A DNA stretch of 64,000 bases from positions 1,824,001 to 1,888,000 of the forward strand of contig OY820905.2 of assembly GCA_963555755.3 (NCBI GenBank). The letters are read 5' to 3'. Each line of letters opens with the position of its first letter. The first letter of the stretch is position 1. A program made the translations under genes and the position numbers. This DNA is from Nitrospirales bacterium (lineage in GTDB: Bacteria; Nitrospirota; Nitrospiria; Nitrospirales; UBA8639). The notes below the pieces were generated by a model, which made no database searches, was not told the origin of the DNA, and worked only from the letters and a program-made list of their open reading frames with translations. Positions 10,364 to 20,989 of the stretch are shown here, one piece after another.

Positions 10364-11208
10364 TAAGAACTCTTGGGACGACGCCGTTTGACTATCTGCA
10401 TGCCAATTTGGTTCCGAACAAACCGGAACATGTTCTCGGTTTGATGGTAGGGATAGAATATGGTCCTGGGATCACCTATAAATTGCCGCAGGTCTTTGGC
10501 TGGCGTCTGACGACTGACAGCTCCTTGAATAGCAAACCCCGCGCTACAAGGTCGCCAATATTCAGAGGAAAAGGGAAGGGGATCACTGCCAGGTAGAATT
10601 GAGATGCCTTGCAGGCGAGCCTGCTGAAACTGAGGCGGAAAGGGAAGAAATCCCGGTCGCCCACTGTTGTCTCCAAGAAAGAAGGTTGTGGGTGTTTGCG
10701 AAGCAAGAAATTCAGAAAGGATTTGGCCCCGGCGCCCCCACCATTTCCCAAACCCCCACGGGACCACAGCCACGCCCCCGTCGTTTCGAACGGCATCCAC
10801 CGTATCTTTCAGCCCGACACCATCTGGAAACTGTGTGGCCGTTAACAACGCCAAGACTTCAAGATTTTCTTTCACGACAATCTGGCGCCCAGCCACAAGA
10901 TAGAGTTCGGCGCCATGGTTTGCCTGGACCAAGAGAGAACAGGCCTCCTGTGTTCGATGAACCATCCATTCACTGCCCAGCTCGTTCCGAATGCCCTTGC
11001 GTTCGTCTGCCCAAGACGCACATTGCTGAAACCAGTTATCTCCCACCGTCTCGGTGAGAAGAAGAAAACTCGTAAACGACTCCGTCTGATGCCGGGTTTG
11101 CGCTTCGAGTTGACAGTTGTTGTGGGCTGAGTCCCAAAAACTCGCCAAATTAAAACTGGGGTGAATATGGACGTGACTATCAACAATAAGAACGGAAGAA
11201 GGTGTCAT
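10363..11208 (-). CDS. PHP-like metal-dependent hydrolase (hypothetical)
   Basis: N-terminal DSHVHIH, LLLTE, late GSD motif. The start is uncertain (11208-11262). Confidence 0.65.
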   Translation of the reverse strand: MTPSSVLIVDSHVHIHPSFNLASFWDSAHNNCQLEAQTRHQTESFTSFLLLTETVGDNWFQQCASWADERKGIRNELGSEWMVHRTQEACSLLVQANHGAELYLVAGRQIVVKENLEVLALLTATQFPDGVGLKDTVDAVRNDGGVAVVPWGFGKWWGRRGQILSEFLASQTPTTFFLGDNSGRPGFLPFPPQFQQARLQGISILPGSDPLPFSSEYWRPCSAGFAIQGAVSRQTPAKDLRQFIGDPRTIFYPYHQTENMFRFVRNQIGMQIVKRRRPKSS

Positions 11209-11555
11209 AGTGGGCAGAGTGCCTTTATGTTTGAAAAGAATTCCTTCCCGCGTGTACATCAATCATGTAGCCAGGTGTTCCGTCATCTTCCCTTCAAGAT
11301 CGGAAAGGGCATCCAGAAGCTAAAGCCTCATTTCTCAAACACCAAAAGGACTCCTCCCCTGCGTTTCAAGGATATCCTCTGGCAACTCATTTCTAGGGTC
11401 CTGGTCGAGATTAGGAAATTTTTGCAGATATTTTCATATTTCCAGACAGATTAGGTTAGGTTTTGCCTGGTTTCTACCGAAATAAGTAAGTAAGCGTAGT
11501 TGCAAAAAACTGTCTCACGGATGAGACATCCGCCACCAATTGGACAAGGAAAGCC

Positions 11556-11750
11556 ATGGACATCAACCCACGCTTGTATGTGCATCCCTCTTCCCATCCT
11601 ATCACCACGGCTACGGGGGATCGTGAGCCTGGGAGAAATTTGTATTTTGGCTCGCAGCGGAAACGAAAACCTCAGAAGCCGGAGAGTGAACAAGAAGGGC
11701 ATGAGCCTGGGCCAGATGAGCCCGAGCATCGAATCGACATCATGGCCTAA
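11556..11750 (+). CDS. small hypothetical protein
   Basis: AAGGA RBS before ATG; acidic/Pro-rich body ending RIDIMA. Confidence 0.45.
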   Translation: MDINPRLYVHPSSHPITTATGDREPGRNLYFGSQRKRKPQKPESEQEGHEPGPDEPEHRIDIMA

Positions 11751-12094
11751 TTCGTTTCTTATGGCGACCAGGAAGGCATCATAAGAGACGGAGTGGCCCT
11801 CTGTATGCTCATGCCCTCCCCGATCCTCCCCAAAGGAAATTCATCCCATTGGGTGGACGCCGGAAAGGATGGGAAATAGGTAATTTCTCTGAGTGATTGC
11901 GGTAGCGGGTATGATACCGTCCACCCCATTTTTTGTGATCTGGATGTGACATTTACCATTGGCTTTTCGCATCGACAGATACTCAATGTTGGATTCACTG
12001 TTGATGAGATTTCCTGGTCACACCCTTCTTTCACACAAAGTCCCCAGCCCCTTGTCCTATTTTGCCTTTATCCACAACAGGACTATTACAAACA

Positions 12095-13960
12095 ATGTCT
12101 TATAAAAGTATTGGCGATTACGGCATCATCGGCGATCTTCACACCGTGGCCTTAGTGGGAATGGATGGTTCGATTGATTGGTGTTGCTTGCCTCACTTTG
12201 ACTCCCCTAGCGTCTTTGCGGCCATACTCGATCACAAGCATGGAGGACATTTTAAAATTTCCCCCACCATTGAAGGCAATCAACGGCAAATGTATTTGCC
12301 GGAAACCAATATCTTGCTCACCCGATTTTTCCAGGAAGATGGCGTGGGAGAAATTACCGATTTCATGCCCGTGGAATCTGATGCCCCAGGATATATTCCC
12401 ACGCGACACCAAATCATTCGGATGGTTGCCGTAACCAGGGGGCGGGTACGATTTCGGCTCGAATGCGCCCCATCATTTAATTATGGCCGTGATCCCCACA
12501 CCGTCCTGACCCGCGAGACCAACGTCATATTCCGTTCCCAACATGCCGTTCTCGGATTGGTGAGTCCTATTCCAATTGAAGCACGAGAAGGGATGGCGTT
12601 CGCTGAGTTCACTCTCAGCCAAGGACAAAGCCTAACCTTCTTTATCGAATACCTGGAAGCCAGTGGCCCCGAAACGCTGTTATCCACTCCCGAATCCGGA
12701 GAAATGGCCTTTCGAAATACTTCAGCCTTCTGGCAACGCTGGCTCACTCAATGTCAATACTCAGGCCGATGGCGAGAAACGGTGCATCGTTCCGCCCTCA
12801 CCCTGAAACTGCTCACCTACGCTCCCACAGGTGCGATCGTCGCTGCCCCAACCACCAGCCTACCTGAAGCAATTGGCGGACCACGCAATTGGGATTATCG
12901 CTATACCTGGATGCGTGACGCCGCTTTTACGGTGTACGGCCTTCTACGCCTAGGATTCACCACGGAAGCCGGTCGGTTCATGGATTGGTTGAATGCCCGC
13001 TGCCATGATCTGAATCCTGACGGCTCATTACAACTGGTCTACGGCATTGATGGACGCCGTGATCTCCCGGAAGAAGAGCTTTTGCATCTGGACGGCTATT
13101 GCTCCTCAAAGCCCGTGCGCATTGGCAATGCCGCCACACATCAATTGCAACTCGACATGTATGGGACCCTCATGGATGCGGTGTATCTCTACGACAAACA
13201 TGGCACGTCCATTTCTTTTGATCTCTGGATGAACCTCTGTCGGCTCTTGAATTATGTGTGTGACAATTGGCATTTACCGGATGAAGGTATTTGGGAAGTC
13301 CGTGGCGGACGTCGGCATTTTGTCTATTCCAAAGTCATGTGTTGGGTGGCCTTGGATCGAGGCATTCGTCTCGCCGATCAACGCGGGTTCCCGGGCAATC
13401 GAACCCGGTGGACGCATGAACGCGATCGCATTTATATTGATGTCATGGAACACGGCTATAACACGGAAATTGGCGCATTTGTCCAACATTATGACACGGC
13501 CGCCTTAGATGCCGCGAACCTCATTATGCCCCTTGTTGGCTTTGTCTCCGCCACTGACCCTCGCATGATTTCCACCCTCAATCGCACCCTGGAACAGCTC
13601 ACAATGGGAAGCTTGGTGTATCGATATCGAGTCGGAGAGGCTGCTCCCGACGGGCTGGAAGGAGACGAAGGCACGTTTAGCATGTGCACCTTCTGGTTGG
13701 TGGAGGCCTTAACTCGCGCCGGTCGGTTGCAAGAGGCTCGATTGATCTTTGAAAAAATGTTGAGCTATGCCAACCACCTCCGTCTCTATGCCGAAGAGGT
13801 GTCCCATACCGGTGAACAATTGGGAAACTTCCCGCAAGCGTTTACACATTTTGGATTGATCAGCGCCGCCACAAACCTCGACCTCGCCCTCAATACCCGA
13901 CAGGGCACGTTTACGATGACTCGCCAGGCACTCTCCGTGCCAAAACCATTGCAACCCTGA
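12095..13960 (+). CDS. Glycoside hydrolase family 15 (trehalase/glucoamylase-like)
   Basis: IGDYGIIGD, AAPTTSLPE..GG.RNWDYRYTWMRDAAF, GIWEVRG, LGNFPQAFTH. Confidence 0.95.
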   Translation: MSYKSIGDYGIIGDLHTVALVGMDGSIDWCCLPHFDSPSVFAAILDHKHGGHFKISPTIEGNQRQMYLPETNILLTRFFQEDGVGEITDFMPVESDAPGYIPTRHQIIRMVAVTRGRVRFRLECAPSFNYGRDPHTVLTRETNVIFRSQHAVLGLVSPIPIEAREGMAFAEFTLSQGQSLTFFIEYLEASGPETLLSTPESGEMAFRNTSAFWQRWLTQCQYSGRWRETVHRSALTLKLLTYAPTGAIVAAPTTSLPEAIGGPRNWDYRYTWMRDAAFTVYGLLRLGFTTEAGRFMDWLNARCHDLNPDGSLQLVYGIDGRRDLPEEELLHLDGYCSSKPVRIGNAATHQLQLDMYGTLMDAVYLYDKHGTSISFDLWMNLCRLLNYVCDNWHLPDEGIWEVRGGRRHFVYSKVMCWVALDRGIRLADQRGFPGNRTRWTHERDRIYIDVMEHGYNTEIGAFVQHYDTAALDAANLIMPLVGFVSATDPRMISTLNRTLEQLTMGSLVYRYRVGEAAPDGLEGDEGTFSMCTFWLVEALTRAGRLQEARLIFEKMLSYANHLRLYAEEVSHTGEQLGNFPQAFTHFGLISAATNLDLALNTRQGTFTMTRQALSVPKPLQP

Positions 13961-14243
13961 TTTTTCCCGATTCTTTTCCTGCTTCGTACCACTTTCATTT
14001 CGTACTTTACCCTTACGGTTTTTTGCGGTATGGTATGGTGATGGGGCTCCTGTTTACCCCCCTTCATACCGATAAAGAAGTGTTTCCTTCTGTTCTCTTA
14101 GGTTGCTGAAACACAACGGGAGTGAGAAGACTGGATTCCCAGAGATCAATACACAACCAGAACGTGGCGAGCCCTTACTCCCACAGACCTTGAACCTGTC
14201 CCTAGAATACGAGAACTGAGCGCTAGGGGGAAAGGGAACGGTT

Positions 14244-15137
14244 ATGGAAATCGGATTTATCGGACTTGGCAAGATGGGCATGAATATGGTGACTCGGCTT
14301 CGGCAGGGGGACCACCGTGTGATTGCATTTGATCGGTCGCAGGACCTTATCACACAAGCGGAGGGCACCGGAGCGGTCGGAGCCTCCTCACTGAAAGACC
14401 TCATTTCGAAACTCGCCAAGCCGCGCGCCGTATGGGTAATGGTACCATCTGGTGCACCGACCGAAGAAACCATTCAAACCCTGGCAGGCATGCTGGACCC
14501 CGATGACGTCATCATCGATGGCGGCAATACCAAATTCCACGATGACGTGCGTCGTGCCGTTGACTTGAAACCCAAACAGATTCATTACGTGGATGCCGGC
14601 ACCAGCGGAGGTATTTGGGGATTACAAATAGGGTATTGTCTAATGGTCGGGGGCGACAAAGAGATTATCAATCGACTGGGACCAATTTTCACTACGCTAG
14701 CGCCAGAAGATGGCTGGGCTCATGTCGGCACTCAAGGCGCTGGACATTACGTCAAGATGGTGCACAATGGGATTGAGTACAGCATGATGCAAGGCTATGC
14801 CGAAGGCTTTGAGCTCATGTCCAAAAGCCATTACAACCTTGACCTTCCCAAAATTGCCGATCTGTGGATGCATGGCAGTGTGGTGCGGTCATGGCTGTTA
14901 GAACTCGGAGCCGGCGCTCTTAAAGACGATCCGAAGTTAGAGGGGCTCAAAGGATATGTTCAAGATTCCGGTGAAGGTCGCTGGATGCTGATGGAGGCTC
15001 TCGACAAGGATGTCCCCGTTCCCACCTTGTCCACGGCCCTCTTCACCCGATTCCGATCACGGCAGGAAGAGTCTTTTGCTGAAAAAATGCTCGCGGCGCT
15101 CCGCAATGCGTTTGGTGGACATAGCGTCAGAAAGTAA
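14244..15137 (+). CDS. gnd: 6-phosphogluconate dehydrogenase (short, decarboxylating)
   Basis: GLGKMG, IDGGN, DAGTSGG, VKMVHNGIEY, DSGEGRW, LRNAFGGH. Confidence 0.95.
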   Translation: MEIGFIGLGKMGMNMVTRLRQGDHRVIAFDRSQDLITQAEGTGAVGASSLKDLISKLAKPRAVWVMVPSGAPTEETIQTLAGMLDPDDVIIDGGNTKFHDDVRRAVDLKPKQIHYVDAGTSGGIWGLQIGYCLMVGGDKEIINRLGPIFTTLAPEDGWAHVGTQGAGHYVKMVHNGIEYSMMQGYAEGFELMSKSHYNLDLPKIADLWMHGSVVRSWLLELGAGALKDDPKLEGLKGYVQDSGEGRWMLMEALDKDVPVPTLSTALFTRFRSRQEESFAEKMLAALRNAFGGHSVRK

Positions 15138-15138
15138 T

Positions 15139-15283
15139 GGGCCTATTCAAAAAGCATGCCCTCGCGAAGGGGGGGGGGGCCGCCCAGCAAGGCCGCAGGG
15201 GCTTTGGCGCCCGGAGCGTACACGGAGTACGTAAGGATGACAAAGGCCCGAGCACGCAGTTGGCGGACTTTTTCAACTGGCTT
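15139..15283. mobile_element. MITE-like element, family E
   Basis: Imperfect TIR ..CTATTCAAAAAG / CTTTTTCAACTGG; core ccagcaaggccgcag..gagcgtac..gtacg shared with 42277, 58637 and 62729. Confidence 0.75.
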
Positions 15284-15314
15284 ATAATCAACTTCCAACC
15301 CGAGTGGGAATGAT

Positions 15315-16862
15315 ATGACCATGGCGATCGAGCAAGACAAGCCTTCCATAATGCAGACCAACTCTGGCCCCACGGTCGAACCGTGTACCCTCGTCATCTT
15401 TGGAGGATCCGGGGATCTCACCCGTCGCAAGCTCCTTCCGGCGATCTACAATTTGGTGCTCGATGGATTGCTTCCTCCCAACTATGCCGTCGTGGGAATT
15501 GGACGCAAAACCTGGAGTGATGATGAGTTCCGGACCGTGGCTCGCGAGGGCATTGAGAAATTTTCTCGGCAGTCTATTCAGGAAGACAAATGGGAGGAGT
15601 TTGCTCGACGCCTGCATTATTTTTCCGGGACCATTGATGATCCCAATATGTATCAGGGGCTCCGCGGCCGAATCGAAGAAGTCGAAGCCGAGTTTGGTTT
15701 ACCTGGCAACCGCGTCTTCTACTTGGCGATTCCCCCAACGTCCTTTGCTCCCTCATGTCAGGGGTTACAGCAAGCCGGATTGATTTATCCCCCTGAGCTT
15801 CCCGACCGCATGTCTCGTATCATTGTCGAAAAACCCATTGGCCATGATTTGGAATCAGCGAAGGCCATCAATGCGACGATTGGTGAAGTCTTTGAGGAAT
15901 TGCAGATTTACCGCATTGATCATTATCTTGGAAAAGAAACCGTTCAAAATATTATGGTGCTCCGATTTGCCAACAGCATTTTCGAACCCATCTGGAATGC
16001 TAAATATATCGACCATATCCAGATTACCGTGAGCGAGGCAGAAGGGCTCGGCACACGAGCCTCGTATTACGAAGAGGCGGGAGCCCTTCGCGATATGGTG
16101 CAAAACCACATCCTCCAACTGCTCTGCCTTATTGCCATGGAACCGCCCTATTCGTTGGACCCAGACGTGATTCGTAATGCGCGCATGGAAGTACTTCGGT
16201 GTCTTCATCCAATTCGCGGGAAGGACATCGAGCAGTTTACCGTCAGAGCCCAATACTCTCATGGAACAGCTAATGACCAGGAAGTGCCGGGGTATCGAAG
16301 AGAGGAAGGGGTGAAAGCCGACTCGACAACCGAAACCTTTGTGGCCCTCAAACTCTTTATTGAAAACTGGCGATGGTCCGGCGTACCATTTTATTTACGC
16401 ACAGGAAAAGCCATGCCCGCTCGCGCCTCAGAAATCGCCGTGCAATTCAAAGACATTCCGGAAATTTTGTTTAACACCATGCCAGAGGCACGCCAAGCCC
16501 CCAATGTCCTCACCCTTAGGATTCAACCACATGAAGGCATGGCATTGAGAATTATGTCAAAAATTCCGGGAAGCCGCGCGCGATCGCATCCTGTGGAAAT
16601 GAACTTCAACTATGGCGATGCCTTTTCCGCACCTTCCCCAGAGGCCTATGAACGGTTGTTGTTGGACGTCATGGCTGGAGACGCTTCGCTCTTTATGCGA
16701 CGCGATGCCGTAGAAGCTTCCTGGGCCTGGATTACGGATATTCTTGAGGGTTGGACAGCCCATGGCGGCCGTTGGCTTCCCGAATACCCCGCTGGTACGC
16801 GGGGACCCGTTGAAGCTGACAGGCTCATCGAATCCGATGGCCGCAAATGGCGGTTGGTGTGA
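15315..16862 (+). CDS. zwf: Glucose-6-phosphate 1-dehydrogenase
   Basis: FGGSGDL, EKPIG, RIDHYLGKETVQN, RDMVQNH, WRWSGVPFYLRTGK. Confidence 0.97.
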   Translation: MTMAIEQDKPSIMQTNSGPTVEPCTLVIFGGSGDLTRRKLLPAIYNLVLDGLLPPNYAVVGIGRKTWSDDEFRTVAREGIEKFSRQSIQEDKWEEFARRLHYFSGTIDDPNMYQGLRGRIEEVEAEFGLPGNRVFYLAIPPTSFAPSCQGLQQAGLIYPPELPDRMSRIIVEKPIGHDLESAKAINATIGEVFEELQIYRIDHYLGKETVQNIMVLRFANSIFEPIWNAKYIDHIQITVSEAEGLGTRASYYEEAGALRDMVQNHILQLLCLIAMEPPYSLDPDVIRNARMEVLRCLHPIRGKDIEQFTVRAQYSHGTANDQEVPGYRREEGVKADSTTETFVALKLFIENWRWSGVPFYLRTGKAMPARASEIAVQFKDIPEILFNTMPEARQAPNVLTLRIQPHEGMALRIMSKIPGSRARSHPVEMNFNYGDAFSAPSPEAYERLLLDVMAGDASLFMRRDAVEASWAWITDILEGWTAHGGRWLPEYPAGTRGPVEADRLIESDGRKWRLV

Positions 16863-16906
16863 CGTTGACCTTTACAAGGAAGTAAAACCCAGTCCTTCCA
16901 ACCCCA

Positions 16907-16998
16907 TACCATTATTCCCGACATTTGCAAACGGGAATCCAGGTTCATCGTCCTTCCTTTCCGGATGAATCCCCGCTAACCACCGGCGGGGATGACGG
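16907..16998. repeat. REP-like palindromic repeat (ATTCCCG..CGGGAATCCAG / ATCCCCGC..GCGGGGATGAC type)
   Basis: Two facing hairpins downstream of zwf. Confidence 0.55.
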
Positions 16999-17124
16999 AA
17001 TCCAATCCGTAAGACAGCCTTTGCGGGTCAGCCTCAGCTCTCCGTTTTCACCGTTGCACAATATGCCAAAAAAGGCTACTATGGTCTTACTTATTTCTTA
17101 CCTTTTCCCATTGGAGAGGAATAC

Positions 17125-17385
17125 ATGCAAAAAACACGTTTATCGAATAAAGGTCAGATTGTGATACCTAAACCAATCCGTGCAGCTCATGGATGGAAAT
17201 CAGGCCTTGAATTTGTGGTCAAAGATACTGAAGAGGGAATATTCTTGAAACCAATCAAGCCGTTTAGACAGACGGGAATCGAGGACGTTGTCGGTTGTAC
17301 TGGATATAGGGGGCCAAGAAAGTCACTTGAAGAAATGGACGCCGCCATTGCGAGGGGAGCCAAGGACTCACATGGTCGCCGTTGA
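17125..17385 (+). CDS. AbrB/MazE/SpoVT-family antitoxin
   Basis: TRLSNKGQIVIPKPIR...G..LEF; overlaps the downstream PIN gene. Confidence 0.9.
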   Translation: MQKTRLSNKGQIVIPKPIRAAHGWKSGLEFVVKDTEEGIFLKPIKPFRQTGIEDVVGCTGYRGPRKSLEEMDAAIARGAKDSHGRR

Positions 17386-17761
17386 CACGAATATTGTCGT
17401 CAGATTGCTGACAAAAGATGATCCGAATCAAGTTAAACGTGCTGTGGCGATTATGAAAAACTCTGAAGTCTTCATTCCGAAAACAGTCCTGTTGGAAACG
17501 GAATGGGTCCTACGATATGCCTATGAAATAGAACGGGAAGCCATACATAAAGCATTCATGAATCTTCTTGGACTTCCTCACGTCACCATGGAAGATTCAT
17601 CCGCCGTGACGCAAGCGATTTCCTGGTATCAACGTGGGTTGGACTTTGCCGACTCCCTTCATCTTGCTTCGAGTATTCATACAGCTGAATTTAAGACATT
17701 CGATCGCCCGTTAGCGAAAAAAAGCCGAAACATTGAGGCCATACAAGTTACGTTGGCCTGA
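17372..17761 (+). CDS. vapC: VapC-family PIN-domain toxin
   Basis: MVAVDTNIVVR, LLETEWVL, DFADSLHLA, TFD. Confidence 0.92.
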   Translation: MVAVDTNIVVRLLTKDDPNQVKRAVAIMKNSEVFIPKTVLLETEWVLRYAYEIEREAIHKAFMNLLGLPHVTMEDSSAVTQAISWYQRGLDFADSLHLASSIHTAEFKTFDRPLAKKSRNIEAIQVTLA

Positions 17762-17913
17762 GCCAGAAAATCTCCCCCTCTTTTTCAAAGAAGGGCGTTG
17801 AACCTGCAAGAAACATGTTCTGGTTACCCAGAACCGAACAACCCTTTTGAATTTTTTTCAGAGGGCTCTGACACGACGGTTCCTTTTCCAAAACCAACTG
17901 GCCTTGGGGAAGG

Positions 17914-20775
17914 TTACGCTTTTTGCGCCAGCAACGCCCCCTCGACCGCGTTCTGAATTCGCTTTAATCCGGCTTCGATATCAGCACCAAGATGGATTCG
18001 AATCACTCGTCGATTGCGGGTGTTGAGACATTGCAAATCTCCTAAGGCTTGCGCTGCGGCCAAAACGCCAAAGGAATAGGGCTCGTCGGGAATCGCCAGG
18101 TCCTGCTCCACATCAGAGGTCACCTGAATAAAGACTCCGGAATTGGGACCACCTTTATGGAGTTGGCCGGTTGAGTGAAGAAAGCGTGGGCCATACCCTA
18201 AAGTCGTCGCTACGTGTTTGGCATCGCGTACCATTGTCCGAATATGTTGGAAGGTATCGTGGACCGCTGGGGTTCGTTCGACATACGCATTAATCGCGAC
18301 GTAATCCCCTGCTTGTACGCGGGAAAGATGGGCGGATAACACTTGGTCCAAGGAAGACGCGCCACCTAACGATTGTTGATTCGCAGCATCAGCGAAGATC
18401 CGAACGTCACCATCAGTGGCCATCGGTGATTCCTCTGGCAATTGCCCATTCTTCTTAAACCCATCGAGATACGCTTTGGTGAAATCTTTGCTCTCCTGGA
18501 CATTGGGTTGATCAAACGCATTGATCCCTAACAATGACCCTGCCGTGGCGGTGGCGATTTCCCATAAGAAAAACTCTTGGCCCAAATTGATGAGAGCAGC
18601 CACATCAATCCGAACGACCGGATGCCCGGCTTCTTTTAATGCCTCGACCTTGGCATCTTGTTCGGGATCAGCACCATCCGCATACCGAAGATAGGCAAAG
18701 AGGCGATCATCACCATACACATTGGGAGCGCCAAGCGGCTCATCATCCACGGGAATAATGCCTTTCCCTTCTTTGCCTGTGCTTTCGGCAATCAGTTGTT
18801 CCAGCCAGGCGCCGACATCACTGAGCGCTGGTGAAGTAATGAACGTCACCTTATCGCGTCCGGCTTTAGCTAATGTGCCTAAGATCACACCTAACACGAC
18901 CCCAGGGTTATCTGCCGCTGGCACAGTCGAATCACAACTGTGCCGCATCCGCTCGGCGCGATGGACAAAATGCTCGATGTTGACGCCCATTAACGCTGCA
19001 GGGACAAGGCCAAAGTTGGACAACGCCGAATACCGTCCTCCGATTTCCGGCACACCAGGGAAAATATCTCGAAACTTCAGTTCTTTGGCGACTTGTTCTA
19101 AGAGAGAGCCTGGATCGGTAATGGCGATAAAGTTCTCACTCGCGCGATCGCCTTTAACTTGCCGCATCCGTTCAAAGAAATATTTTTGAAACACGAGCGG
19201 CTCGGTAGTTGATCCTGACTTACTCGCCACAATGCACAGCGTGTGCTCAAGATCAACTCGTTCTTCAAAACTTTTCACTTGCGAAGGCACCGTGCTATCC
19301 AGCACATGCAACTCGGGATAACCCGGCACGATGCCAAAGGTCATCCGGCATACTTCGGGGCACAGACTGCTCCCGCCCATTCCCAACAAGAGGATATGCT
19401 TAAATCCAGCCTGTTTGATTTCTTCGGCAAACGCTTTCAATCGTGGAATGTGTTGAACTTGCTGTTCAGAAATAGTGAGCCATCCGAGTGCGTGTTGAAT
19501 GATTTTTTGATGTTCAGGATCTTGATGCCACAAGGTCGCGTCTTTCGCCCATAACCGCCTCACCAAGTTTTGAGCCTGTACGTTTTTCAATGTTTCTTGA
19601 ACCGCAGACTCACATGCCCCAAGAGTCTTGGTCTGACGATCCAATTTGGGACCTAACACATCGCTTCGCTTCCGACTAATCACACCCATCAGTTGATCGA
19701 AAGAGTCTCCAAACATTCGCGCGCCATCTTTGAGCAACGTCTCCGTCACGTCCGTCATGCACACGCCACAGTCCGCCAGGCTTTGCATCGTCGCCTTGGC
19801 TTCTTCCAGGCCTTCGGTCAGAGTTTCTTTTACCGTTCCATGATCACGAAACGCATTAAACGTGGCTGCCGGAATCGTATTCACCGTATCGGGACCAATA
19901 AGCTTATCCACATAATAGGTATCCGGGTACTGGGGATTTTTCGTTCCCGTGCTGGCCCACAAGAGACGCTGAACCTTCGCCCCTTTTTGCTGCAAGGCTT
20001 GAAACTGTGTGCCGGAGAAAATTTCCTGATAGGCCAGATACGCCACCTTGGCATTAGCAATCGCGACTTGGCCTTTTAGGCTTTCAAGGGTCCTTCGTGT
20101 GCTCTCATTGGTTTCGTCTTTGAGTTTGGCATCGAGATATTTATCAATCAGCGTGTCAATACGGCTCACGAAAAAACTCGCCACCGAGGCGATCTTAGAA
20201 ACATCGCCGCCATTGGCTGCGAATTTTTCCAAACCCCGGATATAGGCCCAGGCCACTTCCTCATAGACCTGTACACTAAACAAAAGTGTGATGTTGATAT
20301 TCAACCCCTGACTCAGCAAGTGCTCGATGGCAGGTAATCCCTCTGGAGTTCCCGGCACTTTGATCAGCACGTTGGCACGATCGACGGTTTTCCACAGACG
20401 AAGAGCTTCTTCAATCGTCGCGTCGGTGTTAAATGCAAGAGCAGGGGACACTTCGAGACTCACATACCCATCTCGCCCCTTGCTCGATTCATAGACGGCA
20501 GACATCACATCCGTCGCAGCTTGAATATCTCGGATCGCCAAGGCTTCATAGATATCTTTCACACTCGTGACCCGAGCGACGACACGCTGTAATTCTTCGT
20601 CGTAATCCGCGCTTCCGGCAATGGCCTTTTCAAAGATGGATGGATTTGAGGTCACTCCCATCAGTCCATCCTGATCGATCATCGCTTGTAAGTCCCCAGA
20701 GGTGATCAATCCTCGTTCGATGTAGTCATACCAAGGACTTTGTCCGGCAGTTCGAAGTTGTACGAGGGGATTCAT
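17914..20775 (-). CDS. Bifunctional transaldolase/phosphoglucose isomerase
   Basis: N-terminal half GVTSNPSIF, IKVP, ASFFVSRID, LLWASTGTKNP; C-terminal half LGMGGSSL, SKSGST, IGGRYS, QLIAESTGK, HSTGQLHKGG. Confidence 0.96.
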   Translation of the reverse strand: MNPLVQLRTAGQSPWYDYIERGLITSGDLQAMIDQDGLMGVTSNPSIFEKAIAGSADYDEELQRVVARVTSVKDIYEALAIRDIQAATDVMSAVYESSKGRDGYVSLEVSPALAFNTDATIEEALRLWKTVDRANVLIKVPGTPEGLPAIEHLLSQGLNINITLLFSVQVYEEVAWAYIRGLEKFAANGGDVSKIASVASFFVSRIDTLIDKYLDAKLKDETNESTRRTLESLKGQVAIANAKVAYLAYQEIFSGTQFQALQQKGAKVQRLLWASTGTKNPQYPDTYYVDKLIGPDTVNTIPAATFNAFRDHGTVKETLTEGLEEAKATMQSLADCGVCMTDVTETLLKDGARMFGDSFDQLMGVISRKRSDVLGPKLDRQTKTLGACESAVQETLKNVQAQNLVRRLWAKDATLWHQDPEHQKIIQHALGWLTISEQQVQHIPRLKAFAEEIKQAGFKHILLLGMGGSSLCPEVCRMTFGIVPGYPELHVLDSTVPSQVKSFEERVDLEHTLCIVASKSGSTTEPLVFQKYFFERMRQVKGDRASENFIAITDPGSLLEQVAKELKFRDIFPGVPEIGGRYSALSNFGLVPAALMGVNIEHFVHRAERMRHSCDSTVPAADNPGVVLGVILGTLAKAGRDKVTFITSPALSDVGAWLEQLIAESTGKEGKGIIPVDDEPLGAPNVYGDDRLFAYLRYADGADPEQDAKVEALKEAGHPVVRIDVAALINLGQEFFLWEIATATAGSLLGINAFDQPNVQESKDFTKAYLDGFKKNGQLPEESPMATDGDVRIFADAANQQSLGGASSLDQVLSAHLSRVQAGDYVAINAYVERTPAVHDTFQHIRTMVRDAKHVATTLGYGPRFLHSTGQLHKGGPNSGVFIQVTSDVEQDLAIPDEPYSFGVLAAAQALGDLQCLNTRNRRVIRIHLGADIEAGLKRIQNAVEGALLAQKA

Positions 20776-20829
20776 ATTGTAGCCTCCTTGGTTTCACATC
20801 TGGTGACGTGGATTCGCCATTATTACTGG

Positions 20830-20989
20830 GAGCCTGTCCGAGATTAGCGATCGTCATGAGAATATGCTGGTTTGAGTCAGATATTTCGATCGCTTGAGGC
20901 GAATAGTGGGACTATTCAACGAAAAGGGTCGGAAACTCTGGCCAAATCCAACGCATCCGCAGTAGATCAGTCTAATCTTGGACCGGCTC
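20830..20989. mobile_element. MITE-like element, family F
   Basis: TIR GAGCCTGTCCGAGATTAG / CTAATCTTGGACCGGCTC; central gaatagt-ggg-actattc hairpin; abuts the tkt stop codon. Confidence 0.75.

Noticed and set aside
15165..15180. Phase-variable poly-G tract between gnd and zwf
   Set aside because: It lies inside the MITE cassette rather than in a CDS or evident promoter, and homopolymer length may be a sequencing artefact.
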